A stretch of 58,726 nt of DNA from Macrostomum lignano (Eukaryota): positions 45,294 through 104,019 of the forward strand of contig NIVC01001328.1 in the NCBI GenBank assembly GCA_002269645.1, read 5' to 3'. A program made the position numbers and the translations under genes. The notes under the pieces are model-generated. The model had not been told where the DNA came from. It saw only the letters and a list, made by a program, of their open reading frames with translations, and did not search any database. Positions 36,930-49,017 of the stretch are shown piece by piece; the first letter of the stretch is position 1; each line of letters begins with the position of its first letter.

Positions 36930-38512
36930 AATAATACAGTCACTATGCAGACAGTCTCTAAACAGACAATAATACAGCCTCTAAACAGACAATACAGCCT
37001 CTAAACAGACAATAGAGCCTCTTAACAGACAATACAGCCTCTAAACAGACAATACAGCCTTTAAACAGGCAATACAGTCTCTAAACAGACAATAGAGCCT
37101 CTTAACAGACAATACAGCCTCTAAACAGACAATACAGCCTTTAAACAGGCAATACAGTCTCTAAACAGACAATACGGCCTCTAAGCAGACAATACAGTCT
37201 CTAAACAGGCAATACAGTCTCTAAACAGGCAATACAGTCTCTAAACAGACAATACAGCCTCTAAACAGGCAATACAGCCTCCAAACAGACAATACAGCCT
37301 CTAAACAGGCAATACAGTCTCTACAGACAATACAGTCTCTAAACAGGCAATACAGTCTCTAAACAGACAATACAGCCTCTAAATAGGCAATACAGCCTCT
37401 AAACAGACAATGCAGTCTCTAAACAGGCAATACAGTCTCTAAACAGACAATACAGCCTCTAAACAGGCAATACAGCCTCCAAACAGACAATACAGTCTCT
37501 AAACAGACAATACAGTCTCTAAACAGACAATACAGTCTCTAAACAGGCAATACAGCCTCTAAACAGGCAATACAGTCTCTAAACAGACAATACAGTCTCT
37601 AAACAGACAATACAGTCTCTAAACAGACAATACAGCCTCTAAATAGGCAATACAGCCTCTAAACAGACAATGCAGTCTCTAAACAGGCAATACAGTCTCT
37701 AAACAGACAATACAGCCTCTAAACAGGCAATACAGCCTCCAAACAGACAATACAGTCTCTAAACAGACAATACAGTCTCTAAACAGACAATACAGTCTCT
37801 AAACAGGCAATACAGTCTCTAAACAGGCAATACAGTCTCTAAACAGACAATACAGCCTCTAAACAGGCAATACAGCCTCCAAACAGACAATACAGCCTCT
37901 AAACAGGCAATACAGTCTCTACAGACAATACAGTCTCTAAACAGGCAATACAGTCTCTAAACAGACAATACAGCCTCTAAATAGGCAATACAGCCTCTAA
38001 ACAGACAATGCAGTCTCTAAACAGGCAATACAGTCTCTAAACAGACAATACAGCCTCTAAACAGGCAATACAGCCTCCAAACAGACAATACAGTCTCTAA
38101 ACAGACAATACAGTCTCTAAACAGACAATACAGTCTCTAAACAGGCAATACAGCCTCTAAACAGGCAATACAGTCTCTAAACAGACAATACAGTCTCTAA
38201 ACAGACAATACAGTCTCTAAACAGGCAATACAGTCTCTAAACAGACAATACAGTCTCTAAACAGGCAATACAGTCTCTAAACAGGCAATACAGCCTCTAA
38301 ACAGACAATACAGTCTCTAAACAGGCAATACAGTCTCTAAACAGACAATGCAGTCTCTAAACAGACAATACAGTCGTTTAACAGACAATACAGTCGTTTA
38401 ACAGACAATACAGCCTCTAAACAGACAATACAGTCGTTTAACAGACAATACAGCCTCTAAACAGACAATACAGTCGTTTAACAGACAATACAGCCTCTAA
38501 ACAGACAATAAT
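36930..38512. repeat. Helitron minisatellite B (20 nt, AAACAGACAATACAGTCTCT)
   Basis: Tandem array; shorter copies at 42725-43125 and 56310-57263. Confidence 0.95.
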
Positions 38513-39481
38513 GCAGTCACTAATACAGTCGCTGAACAGACCATAAAATACAGTCAGTAAACAGAAATAGTACAGGTATAAGCAGGTGAAACATGTATGT
38601 ATAATTGGAATTTATGAAGCAGCCCTCATTGAGAGTAGGTTGACTGCATCTTAACTGGGCTAAAAGAGTTTGTGAATGGTGTATAGGAGCTGCTCTATAT
38701 ACCCTGTGGTTCCAGACTCTAAAAGGAGCATTTGCAGTCAAGCTCTGTAGCAGCCTTAAGCAGAGCGGAGCGACTTAATGTTTGGTTTGAGAATGAATGT
38801 CTCTACCTTTGCTTACACCCAATGCATGCAATTGAGCAGTGACGCGAGTCGGCAGGTAGTCAGGATGGCATATACATGTACATTTTTGTACTGCTAAAGC
38901 TATACTGGCTGCTTGTCGATGGCACCATCTGCTGAAGCGACAGTCTATCCTTTTGTAATAAATTATTACATTTTTCAATATCTGTACGAAATATTAAACT
39001 TGCTCAGCGTTAGTAGTCAGAAGCAGATCATATATTGTTTGAATAAATACAAGTGTTTGTTTAACTTTTGTTTCAATTTTTAAACTTCAATTTGTGGTTG
39101 TTAATAGTTTAAAATTTAATTCGCCGTTTGCTTCTTTGTTAGTTATAGCAGTTAAAAATGGATAAAACAGTTTTTTGTACTGTGTATAATAATCGTAAAA
39201 CTTAGAAATGTTTAATAGTTCGGCGAAATTATTCATGCAGATTCGTATTGTTCTACTTTCAAAGTAAGCCAGTATGAAATGGTAAGTGTGTATGTACGGT
39301 CATTCTTTGTCATGACATGCTATGGTGAGAATGAATTATACTTTGAATATTTCATGGCATTAGAATATTCTGTTCACAAAACTTTGTACTGGTGCGCCAT
39401 TGTTTCAAAAGTCCAAAAAAATAAATAAGTCTATCGCGGATTTTAATCAAAAGTCAAAAAAGTCATAGTTTATTTTGGAAT

Positions 39482-40121
39482 TTACAATTCATTCATTGGC
39501 TGCGGCTGCTGTTGCTGCGGCTGCTGTTGCTGCTGCTGCGGCTGCTGCTGCTGCTGTTGCTGCGGCTGCTGATGCTGCTGCTGTTGCTGCGGCTGCTGAT
39601 GCTGCTGCTGTTGCTGCGGCTGCTGCTGCTGCTGTTGCTGCGGCTGCTGATGCTGCTGCTGTTGCTGCGGCTGCTGATGCTGCTGCTGTTGCTGCGGCTG
39701 CTGATGCTGCTGCTGTTGCTGCGGCTGCTGCTGTTGCTGCGGCTGCTGCTGCGGCTGCTGCTGCTGCTGTTGCTGCTGCTGTTGCTGCTGCAGAAGGCGG
39801 GCGGCGGCCTTCATCGCGTTGCAGCTGGCAACGCGGTGGCGGCCTCCACAGAAGAAACAAACGACTGGCAATTAAAAGAAGGGAAATTTTTGCAAAATTT
39901 ATCAGTAATAATACGAGTAGCATGAAAGTCAGTAACAGGCTACAATTAGATAAAATTTAAGACTATACTCGAATGTACTCAAAGCACAAGATTTACAGTG
40001 TCTTAGGAAGGTACTCACTGCTCTTTCCGCGTGGGCCGCCCCTGCCGCGCTGCCAGCCGCCGCGCTGACCGCCGCCTCGCCTACCGCCGCCGCCGCCACC
40101 AAATATTTGTGTAATATGCAT
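39482..40121 (-). CDS. Helitron-borne small protein: RGG-rich N-terminus + CCHC zinc knuckle + polyQ/P tail, ~161 aa, 2 exons
   Basis: Model complement(join(39482..39864,40019..40121)). Exon 1 encodes MHITQIFGGGGGGRRGGGQRGGWQRGRGGPRGKS. The donor A|GTGAGT and acceptor TTTTAATTGCCAG|TC are both phase 1. Exon 2 encodes VCFFCGGRHRVASC (C-x2-C-x3-H-x4-C), then ~100 Q/P/H residues. Confidence 0.65.
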
Positions 40122-40332
40122 TGTTGATTTGTTGATGATTTGATTGAGAAAATATGATTTGTTGAGACTCTAATATAGAAATATATGACTCTAAATATAT
40201 GAATCAGACTATATCAGACTATATAGGCACTGAAACTGAGGTGTAGGGGCGAATAAAATTAGGGGTTATGGGTTGTGCGTCGTCGCTTCGCTGAGCCTTA
40301 CGGTGGTTTTCTGTACAAGTCTGAGGCTTCCT

Positions 40333-40844
40333 ATTGGTCGGTTGTGCAGGTCGGGGCTTTAGAGCGGCGATTGGCCTAAAAATTGTCTAGCGTACTGGTG
40401 GCCATGCAGCCTGACTTGAGGAGGGTCGCCTATTTTTCTTTCCCGGCTTAGAAGGTGCGAAAATGGCTCAACCAGTCAGCCGCGCCATACAAGTTTTGTT
40501 TGTGCAGTGAAGTACACGCGGCCGCGAACTCTTAAAGTATTGCCTACACTTGCTGAGTCAGTCGGTGAGAATTGTGTCACCATAAAACGAGATAGCAAAC
40601 AAACAAAAGGATTAGGTGAGAAAAGTGAGGAGACCTTAGCGTACATCAGAGGGTGCAGTGTGTGCTTTAATGCTGGGCACTGGAGTGATTGGGTTGGGTT
40701 GTGTGTCCAGCCAATTAGATTGTGTAATAAAGTAAAAATGAATGCAAAATTGAGTACAATGTACTGGGCTGGAGGGGAGGTGGTGTTTTTTTCGTGGCTA
40801 CTTTTATTTCTACATATATATAGCTTGTGATTTGTTGAGCCAAT
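40333..40844. promoter_or_regulatory. Candidate bidirectional promoter between the RGG-CCHC gene and the RPA-like gene
   Basis: Five CCAAT/ATTGG boxes (40333, 40370, 40688, 40711, 40840) lie between divergent ATGs at 40121 and 40945. Confidence 0.4.
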
Positions 40845-40944
40845 TTTGTTGTCTTACAGTTAAAGCTTATCATTGCTTAGAAAAAGTTTGATTGATACTT
40901 TTTATCAGTTCTTTTTTCAATTGTTGAATAATATTTTGTGCAAA

Positions 40945-42516
40945 ATGGCCTCTTATTCAGAGTCACCTTTGAAAAAGAAGTCGAAGAAGGATGGGATTGC
41001 CGGTCTGACAGTTGGGCAAATGCCTACGCCTGTCACTGGCCTTGTGACGAACCTGAAAGACGTTCACACGTATAATAACAACAAAGGTCAGGGCCAAGTG
41101 TTTTCGTTCATCTTGGTGGACGACTCATCTGAGATGCGAGTCAGCGTCTTCGGTAAGGATTTGCAAGCTATCTGGGAAGTATGCAACGATGCTGAAGCCG
41201 TTCGCATATCCGGCGGGATGGTGAAGACTGCCAAGCCAGAGTACAAGTGTACGGACAATCCACTTGAGATGACCGTTTCCGTGGATTCCAAGGGCTTCAT
41301 CTATAGAAGCAACGAAGTGCCGGTTGCTCGAGATCCAGTAATTGATTACACTAGCATTAATCAACTGCAACAGACTGGATTGGACAGGTGAGTGACTAAT
41401 TGATTTAGTAGTTTTCGTCATGTATTAGTGCTCAAATATCGCGGAGTGAAAGTACATGTAATCGTGTTTTTGGGTGACAGTTAGTTTGTCTTGTGTTTGA
41501 AAATATTTATCATCGCAACACTGTACGAAGCCTGGGTTATTAGCTTCATGATGCTCCTGTTAGTGTACAAATAGAAATCTAATGTGATGCTTAAGTTAGT
41601 GTGCAAATAGTTAAAAAAAGTCCCTTTGCTCCCTTTCACTATCAGAATCGTCGATGTGCTTGGAGTGATCGACGCCAGGCAACCGTCTGAAGAAGTCCGA
41701 ACGCGTGCTGGGAAAAAGGTTAACGTAGCCAAAGTGACTTTGGTTGACCGAACCTTCGGCTCTGTAAGCTGCACGTTTTGGGGTTCGTCCTCAGCTCAAG
41801 TGGACAGGTGGAACATCGGCGATGTTTTGTCCATAAGAAGAGCAAAGGTGCAGGAGTATTCGGGCTCCGTCACGTTGGGATGCTCGAACTCTGACGTAAA
41901 ATGCAACAGTGACGATGGTGAAGCCAGAGTCTTGGCTGACTGGTATAGGAATGCAAAGGAAGGCGATACCCGGTTTGAACCTGTGCCCGCTCCAGTGCCT
42001 ACTCCAGGACTTGGTGCTGATGAGATTGGAGACGAAAGTGTGACCATAATTCGGGAGCCTGCTGCCTTGTTTGAGTTTTATGACAAACACTCGAAGGAAA
42101 TTGTGAGGGACTTCGGAAATGGCAAAAAGGTGAGTGATTTTCTACAAATTTAGTTGATTATACAGACAAACAACGCACCACTTTTAGTATTAAGATTAAA
42201 TATAATAAAGTTTGTTAGGTTACCAGGTTAGACAGGTGTTCAGTTAAGCTATTTATTTTGAAAATCGCAAATTGAATAGCAAAGAGAACAGTACTTATTG
42301 TGTTGCTTTTATGTATTCATGCTTAATAGGACTTTCTTGTTACGCATATTTTATATCCTTATAAATTTTTTCTTCTCGCAGATTCGATACAGACGAGTGT
42401 CGACGGGTGATGACCGGAGTCAGTTTCACCGCAGTGGAGGTGTCGACGGTCAGGATGAGTCGAGCAGAATGTCGTTCGATGATCACAGCGTACAGAACAG
42501 CACTTCGTATCAGTGA
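40945..42516 (+). CDS. RPA70-like ssDNA-binding protein (two OB folds), Helitron cargo
   Basis: Model join(40945..41387,41646..42129,42382..42516). OB-fold motifs: GQVFSFILVDDSSEMRVSVF and IVDVLGVI...VTLVDRTFGSVSCTFWG...GDVLSIRRAKVQEYSG. The last exon frame is uncertain; another open frame ends at 42559. Confidence 0.8.
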
Positions 42517-44364
42517 GTTGCCACAGTTGGCGCGCCACTTTTTTGACCCGAGCGTCTGATGGCTGAGAGTGAAATCAAAGTCGCGTAGAGTCTCAATGAA
42601 CTGATAGCCCTGAGAGAGTGCATTGAGTAAATCCTATTTACGAGGAATGTTTCGTAAGTTCCTCCTTATACTCATAGGACATAAATGTAACAGTACTTAA
42701 AGTAGAAATTACAGAATAAATACAGGCCTTTAACAGACAATGATGCAATCCCTAAACAGGCAATACAGCCTCTAAACAGGCAATACAGCCTCTAAACAGA
42801 CAATACAGCCTCTAAGCAGACAATACAGCCTCTAAACAGGCAATACAGCCTCTAAACAGGCAATACAGCCTCTAAACAGACAATACAGCCTTAAGCAGAC
42901 AATATAGTCTCTAAACAGACAATACAATGTCTAAACAGGCAATACAGCCTTTAACAGACAATGCAGTCTCTAAACAGACAATACAGTCGTTTAACAGACA
43001 ATACAGTCGTTTAACAGACAATACAGCCTCTAAACAGACAATACAGTCGTTTAACAGACAATACAGCCTCTAAACAGACAATACAGTCGTTTAACAGACA
43101 ATACAGCCTCTAAACAGACAATAATGCAGTCACTAATACAGTCGCTGAACAGACCATAAAATACAGTCAGTAAACAGAAATAGTACAGGTATAAGCAGGT
43201 GAAACATGTATGTATAATTGGAATTTATGAAGCAGCCCTCATTGAGAGTAGGTTGACTGCATCTTAACTGGGCTAAAAGAGTTTGTGAATGGTGTATAGG
43301 AGCTGCTCTATATACCCTGTGGTTCCAGACTCTAAAAGGAGCATTTGCAGTCAAGCTCTGTAGCAGCCTTAAGCAGAGCGGAGCGACTTAATGTTTGGTT
43401 TGAGAATGAATGTCTCTACCTTTGCTTACACCCAATGCATGCAATTGAGCAGTGACGCGAGTCGGCAGGTAGTCAGGATGGCATATACATGTACATTTTT
43501 GTACTGCTAAAGCTATACTGGCTGCTTGTCGATGGCACCATCTGCTGAAGCGACAGTCTATCCTTTTGTTAATTAATTATTACATCATTGCAAATTTTCA
43601 CCTGCTACGCTCGTATTAGCAGCAGAAGATCATATCATATCATTTGAATAAATGCATGTGTTGGTTTAAATATTGTTTTAACTGCTGAACGTCAATTTTC
43701 GGTTGTTTAAAATTTAATTAAAAGCACGTACCGGTCGTTTGTTGTTTTTTGTTTGTTGTAGCTCGTAACAGTACAGTTGAACAGTACTGTTACTTTGTAC
43801 ATGTACTGTGTATAATAATCGTGAAACTAACAGAAATGTTTAATAGTTCGGCGAATTTATTCACGCAGTTTCGTATCATCCTACGCTTAAAGTATGCCAG
43901 TATTAAATGGTACGCGTATATGCACGTTCTTTGTAGTGATGTGCTATGCCGGGAATAAATAAAGCTTCAAATATTTCATTTCACTGAGAATATTCTGTTC
44001 ACAAAAATTTGGTGCATAAGCGCTTCACAAACTTATGAAAATGTCAGGCTGTAGGGTTAGTGTTAGGATTGGTGTTAGGGTTTCAAGGTTTAGTGTTAGG
44101 TTCAGGGTATAGCGTTAAGATTTGGCTTAGGGCTAGGGTTAGGGTAGCTTATAACTTAGCTCATGTAGTAGCCTATTAAAAATATTTATGGAAGCGTCAT
44201 GCAAAAAATAATGCAAGCATCATGCAAAAACTCGTGAACAAAATATTCAATTTAGGGTTATGGTTAGGGTTGGGGTTATGGTTAGAAGTTTGACAGGAGA
44301 TTTTTTAAGATTTCAAGGCTTAGCTACATGTTGCTTATTAAAAAACGTGTATTGCATTTATTTG

Positions 44365-44393
44365 GCTCCCCAACGGGGGGCGTAGATTGCTAG
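44365..44393 (+). terminator. Helitron 3' rolling-circle termination hairpin + CTAG
   Basis: A 17-nt hairpin (7-bp stem with one G-T pair, AAC loop) lies 8 nt upstream of CTAG, the canonical Helitron 3' end. Confidence 0.85.
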
Positions 44394-47300
44394 TCCTATA
44401 TACTAAAAATGGTCTGTCTGTGTCTATCTATCTATCTATCTATCTATCTATGTGATCGATTAGAGAAAAAATGGCTGGACCGATTTTGTTCAAACTTGCA
44501 CTGTTCGATCAGAAATTTTCCCGTGACTGTACATGCATCGCGGCTAAGAAATTGCTCGATGCTAAAGGCATTAAATATTCGAAAAACATGCTTTTTTGCA
44601 AAGGTCAAGCAAACTTTTCGACTTGAAATGCATTGTAAGAATGCTAGAGAAAAAACTGACTGGTTGAATTCTGGTTCTGAAATAGATTGCATCATCACTG
44701 AATTGTAACTCCGACTTGAATTGAAAATGCAGTGTGGAAGCGTAGCACCAGACTTGATTTAAATTGCGTAACCATATTGTTAACTGATACTGACTGACTG
44801 AGAAACTGATTATGTCATAACTGCTTCGTGTGATTTACTCTATGCTTGGATTTTAAACTGTTGAATTATATAAGTGCAAAATTTGATGTTATCAAAACGA
44901 TGAGAGCTAGCCTAGAGGTGAACAGACTGAACTGCTAAATGCAGCGACGATGGTTCGAATTTTCATAGAGTATAATTTTTTTAATTAAAGCTTTTCAACG
45001 TCAGGAAAACTAAAAGACTTTTTAAAAAGAAGCGTCATGTAATGAATCATAGAAGCGTCATGTAAAAAATCATAGGAGCGTCATGTAAACAATCATAGAA
45101 GCGTCATGTAAAAAATCGTAGAAGCGTCATTTAAAAATCATAGAAGCATCATTTAAAAATCATAGAAGCGTCATGTAAACGATCATAAAAGAATCATGTA
45201 AAAAATCATAGGAGCGTCATGTAAACAATCATAGAAGCATCATATAAAAATCATAGATGCGTCATTTAAAAAATCATAGAAGCATCATGTAAACAATCAT
45301 AGAAGCGTCATTTAAAAAAATCATAGAAGCGTCATATAAAAATCATAGATGCGTCATTTAAAAAATCATGGAAGCGTCATGTAAACAATCATAGAAGCGT
45401 CATGTAAAAAATCATAGAAGCGTCATATAAAAATCATAGATGCATCATTTAAAAAAATCATAGAAGCGTCATATAAAAAATCATAGAAGCGTCATGTAAA
45501 AATCATAGAAGCGTCATGTAAACAACCATAGAAGCGTCATGTAAAAAATCATAGAAGAGTCATGTAAACAATCATAGAAGCGTCATGTAAGCAATCATAG
45601 AAGCGTCATGTAAACAATCATAGAAGCGTCATGTAAACAATCATAGAAGCGTCATGTAAGCAATCATAAAAGCATCATGTAAACAATCATAGAAGCGTCA
45701 TGTAAACAATCACAGAAGCGTCATGAAAAAATCATAGAAGCGTCATGTAAACAATCATAGAAGCGTCATGTAAACAATCATAGAAGCATCATGTAAAAAA
45801 ATCATAGTAGCGTCATGTAAACAATCATAGAAGCGTCATGTAAAGAATCATAGAAGCGTCATGTAAAAAAATCATAGATGCGTCATTTAAAAAATCATAG
45901 AAGCATCATGTAAACAATCATAGAAGCGTCATTTAAAAAAATCATAGAAGCGTCATATAAAAATCATAGATGCGTCATTTAAAAAATCATAAAAGCGTCA
46001 TGTGAAAATCATAAAAGCGTCACGTAAAGAATCATAGAAGCGTCATGTAAACAATCATAGAAGCGTCATGTAAACAATCATAGAAGCGTCATGTAAACAA
46101 TCATAGAAGCGTCATGTAAAAAATCATAGAAGCGTCATGTAAACAATCATAGAAGCGTCATGTAAACAATCATAGAAGCGTCATTTAAAAAATCATAGAA
46201 GCGTCATGTAAACAATCATAGAAGCGTCATGTAAAAAATCATAGAAGCGTCATGTAAAAAATCATAGAAGCGTCATGTAAAAATCGTAGAAGCGTCATTT
46301 AAAAATCATAGAAAATCATAAAAATCAAAAATTAAATGCAGCTATAATGCTGTGCTGGGGAGAAAAACTGAGACGTAAAGGCTCTCAGAGAATAACTGCT
46401 GAGATTACGGGGGGGGGGTTTTTGAGATGTCAAAGCAAAAGTCAGAAGCTACTTCAAAGTTCATGTACTTTACTCAATTTTTTTATTGCATTCTTTGTTG
46501 GCTCGCCACGGGAGGCGCTTATAGAAGAAGAGTCATGTAAAAAATAAAAGTAGCACTACGAGCGTATGTACGAGCTATACATAAAAGAAAAGTCATGTTC
46601 AAGTTAAAAGATTCATTTGGGAATTGCTACGATGTCAAAGCTTGGTGGAAATCGTTATAGTGCTGTGATTCTTAAAGAAGGAATCACTAAAATGTCAAGG
46701 CTTAGGGGAGAAGAATTGCTGAGATTTCAAGGCTTTAGGTTGGGTTAAAGTTAGGTTTAGGTCAGGTGTGGGTTGAGGGTTATATTTTATCGGGTTTCAA
46801 GGTTAACAGAATAACAGGGGATTTTTTAGATTTCAAGGTTTATGGAGGCCATCGCTGACATGTTAAGGCTTACGGGGGGAATAGCTGAGATGTCAAGGCT
46901 CACGGGGTATAAATGAGATTTCAAGGCTAAAGTCAGAAGCTACATGTAGTTTATTGAAAACTTTTTATTACATTATTTGATGCCTCCTCAGGGGAGGGAT
47001 CGCTGATAAAAAAAGCGTAATGTAAAAAATAAAAGAAGCTTCATGTCGAAGTTAAGAGATTCATTTGGGAATCCCTACGATGTCGAGGCTTGCAGGAAAT
47101 CGCTATAATGCTGTAGTAGTGCTATAGTGACTCTTAGAGAGAATTACTGAAATTTCAATGTTAGGTTAGGGTTAGGGTTAGGCTAGGGTTAGAAGGTTGA
47201 CAGATATTTTTAGATTTCCAAGGCTTATTGGGGGCATTGCTGAGATGTCAAGGGGGGAAGTTGATATGTCAAAGCTTGTGGGGGGGGGGGAATAACTGAC

Positions 47301-49017
47301 ATGTCAAGGCTTACAAGGTTTGACAGGAGATTTTTTAAGATTTCAAGGATACATGTAGCTTATTAAAAAAACGTGTATTGCATTTATTTGGCTCCCCAAT
47401 CAAAGTACAAAATACTTTTATTTTTTACATGACAATCAAAGAAGCGTCATGTAAACAATCATAGAAGCGTCATGTAAACAATCATAGAAGCGTCATGTAA
47501 AAATCATAAAAGCGTCATGTAAAAAATCATAGAAGCGTCATGTTAACAATCATAGAAGCGTCATGTAAACAATCATAGAAGCGTCATATAAAAATCATAG
47601 ATGCGTCATTTCAACAATCATAGAAGCGTCATATAAAAATCGTAGAAGCGTCATATAAAAATCATAGAAGCGTCATTTAAAAAAGTCATAGGAGCGTCAT
47701 GTAAAAATCGTAGAAGCGTCATGCAAAAAATCATAGAAGCGTCATGTAAACAATCATAGAAGCGTCATGTGAAAAATCGTAGAAGAGTCATTTTAAAATC
47801 ATGGAAGCGTCATTTAAAAAAATCATAGAAGCGTCATGTAAACAATCATAGAAGCGTCATGTAAAAATCATAGAAGCGTCATGTAAAAATCATAGAAGCG
47901 TCATCTAAAAAATCATAGAAGCGTCATCTAAAAAATCATAGAAGCGTCATCTAAAAAATCATAGAAGCGTCATCTAAAAAATCATGGAAGCTTCATTTAA
48001 AAAATCATAGAAGCGTCATCTAAAAAATCATAGAAGCGTCATCTAAAAAATCATAGAAGCGTCATCTAAAAAATCATGGAAGCTTCATTTAAAAAATCAT
48101 AGAAGCGTCATCTAAAAAATCATAGAAGCGTCATCTAAAAAATCATAGAAGCGTCATCTAAAAAATCATGGAAGCTTCATTTAAAAAATCATAGAAGCGT
48201 CATGTAAAAATCATAGAAGCGTCATGTAAAAAATCATAGAAGCGTCATGTAAAAATCATAGAAGCGTCATGAAAAAAATCATATAAGAGTCAATTTATAT
48301 TGCGTAACCATATTGTTAACTTTTATAGACACTGGTACTGACTTGCCTAAGAAATTGATTATGTCAACTGCTTCGTGTGACTTTTACTCTACATGACTCG
48401 GTGTGAGTGTTGAATATAAGTGCTAGAAATTCATTATAACTTCGATGAGAGCTAGCCTAGAGCTGAAATTTCCGTCTGTGATCGCCACTTTTGAGAGTGC
48501 AGGTAAGGTTTCTCAATTTTGCGAGTGACGCAACAGCATACGCCACGCGGCAGACTTGGGTAGAATGAAGTGGGGGGGGGTGGTGTTTGAGGGTTGGACG
48601 GATTAAAGATACCCCTCAGTTTTCTCCTAACTTTCATTTCAGAATAGTCACTGGCGCATAGAGTGGCGACTTTTCAATGCTTGTACATCGCATTGGTTAA
48701 ACGATTCTTGACTTTGACCAATTTATTAGCAGTTTTGTAGAAATAACTTTAGCTTTAATGGGCTTGGCCAATTAGCAGCGGGTGCTGGAGTATATATGAA
48801 CACTGAACAATGTACAGCTTTTGGGGTGGGTGGTGCGCTGAGTTAAAAGGTATTGGTAGTCTTCTTATCTTTGTCTATATTCACACAACCTCTCGCGCTA
48901 TCTTTACTTTTCTTTCCCATTCCTATATTATTTTTCAACTCTTTCCTATTTTATTCCTTAATTTTCATTCTGACTCCTAACTTCAATTTAATTCCTATTT
49001 CAAATCGAAACTCTAAA

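Larger units (their letters stand above)
25010..44393 (+). mobile_element. Autonomous Helitron, unit 1 (19,384 bp, complete)
   Basis: The 5' end is A|TCCTATATACTAAAAATGG. The 3' end is the hairpin GCTCCCC-AAC-GGGGGGC (44365-44381), 8 nt, then CTAG (44390-44393). It encodes a RepHel protein, and the 5' sequence recurs at 44394. Confidence 0.9.

Noticed and set aside
39475-39960. Poly-Ala and poly-Leu ORFs over the GCT repeat
   Set aside because: Alternative frames of the trinucleotide tract. Only the minus polyQ frame carries a zinc knuckle and phase-matched splice sites.
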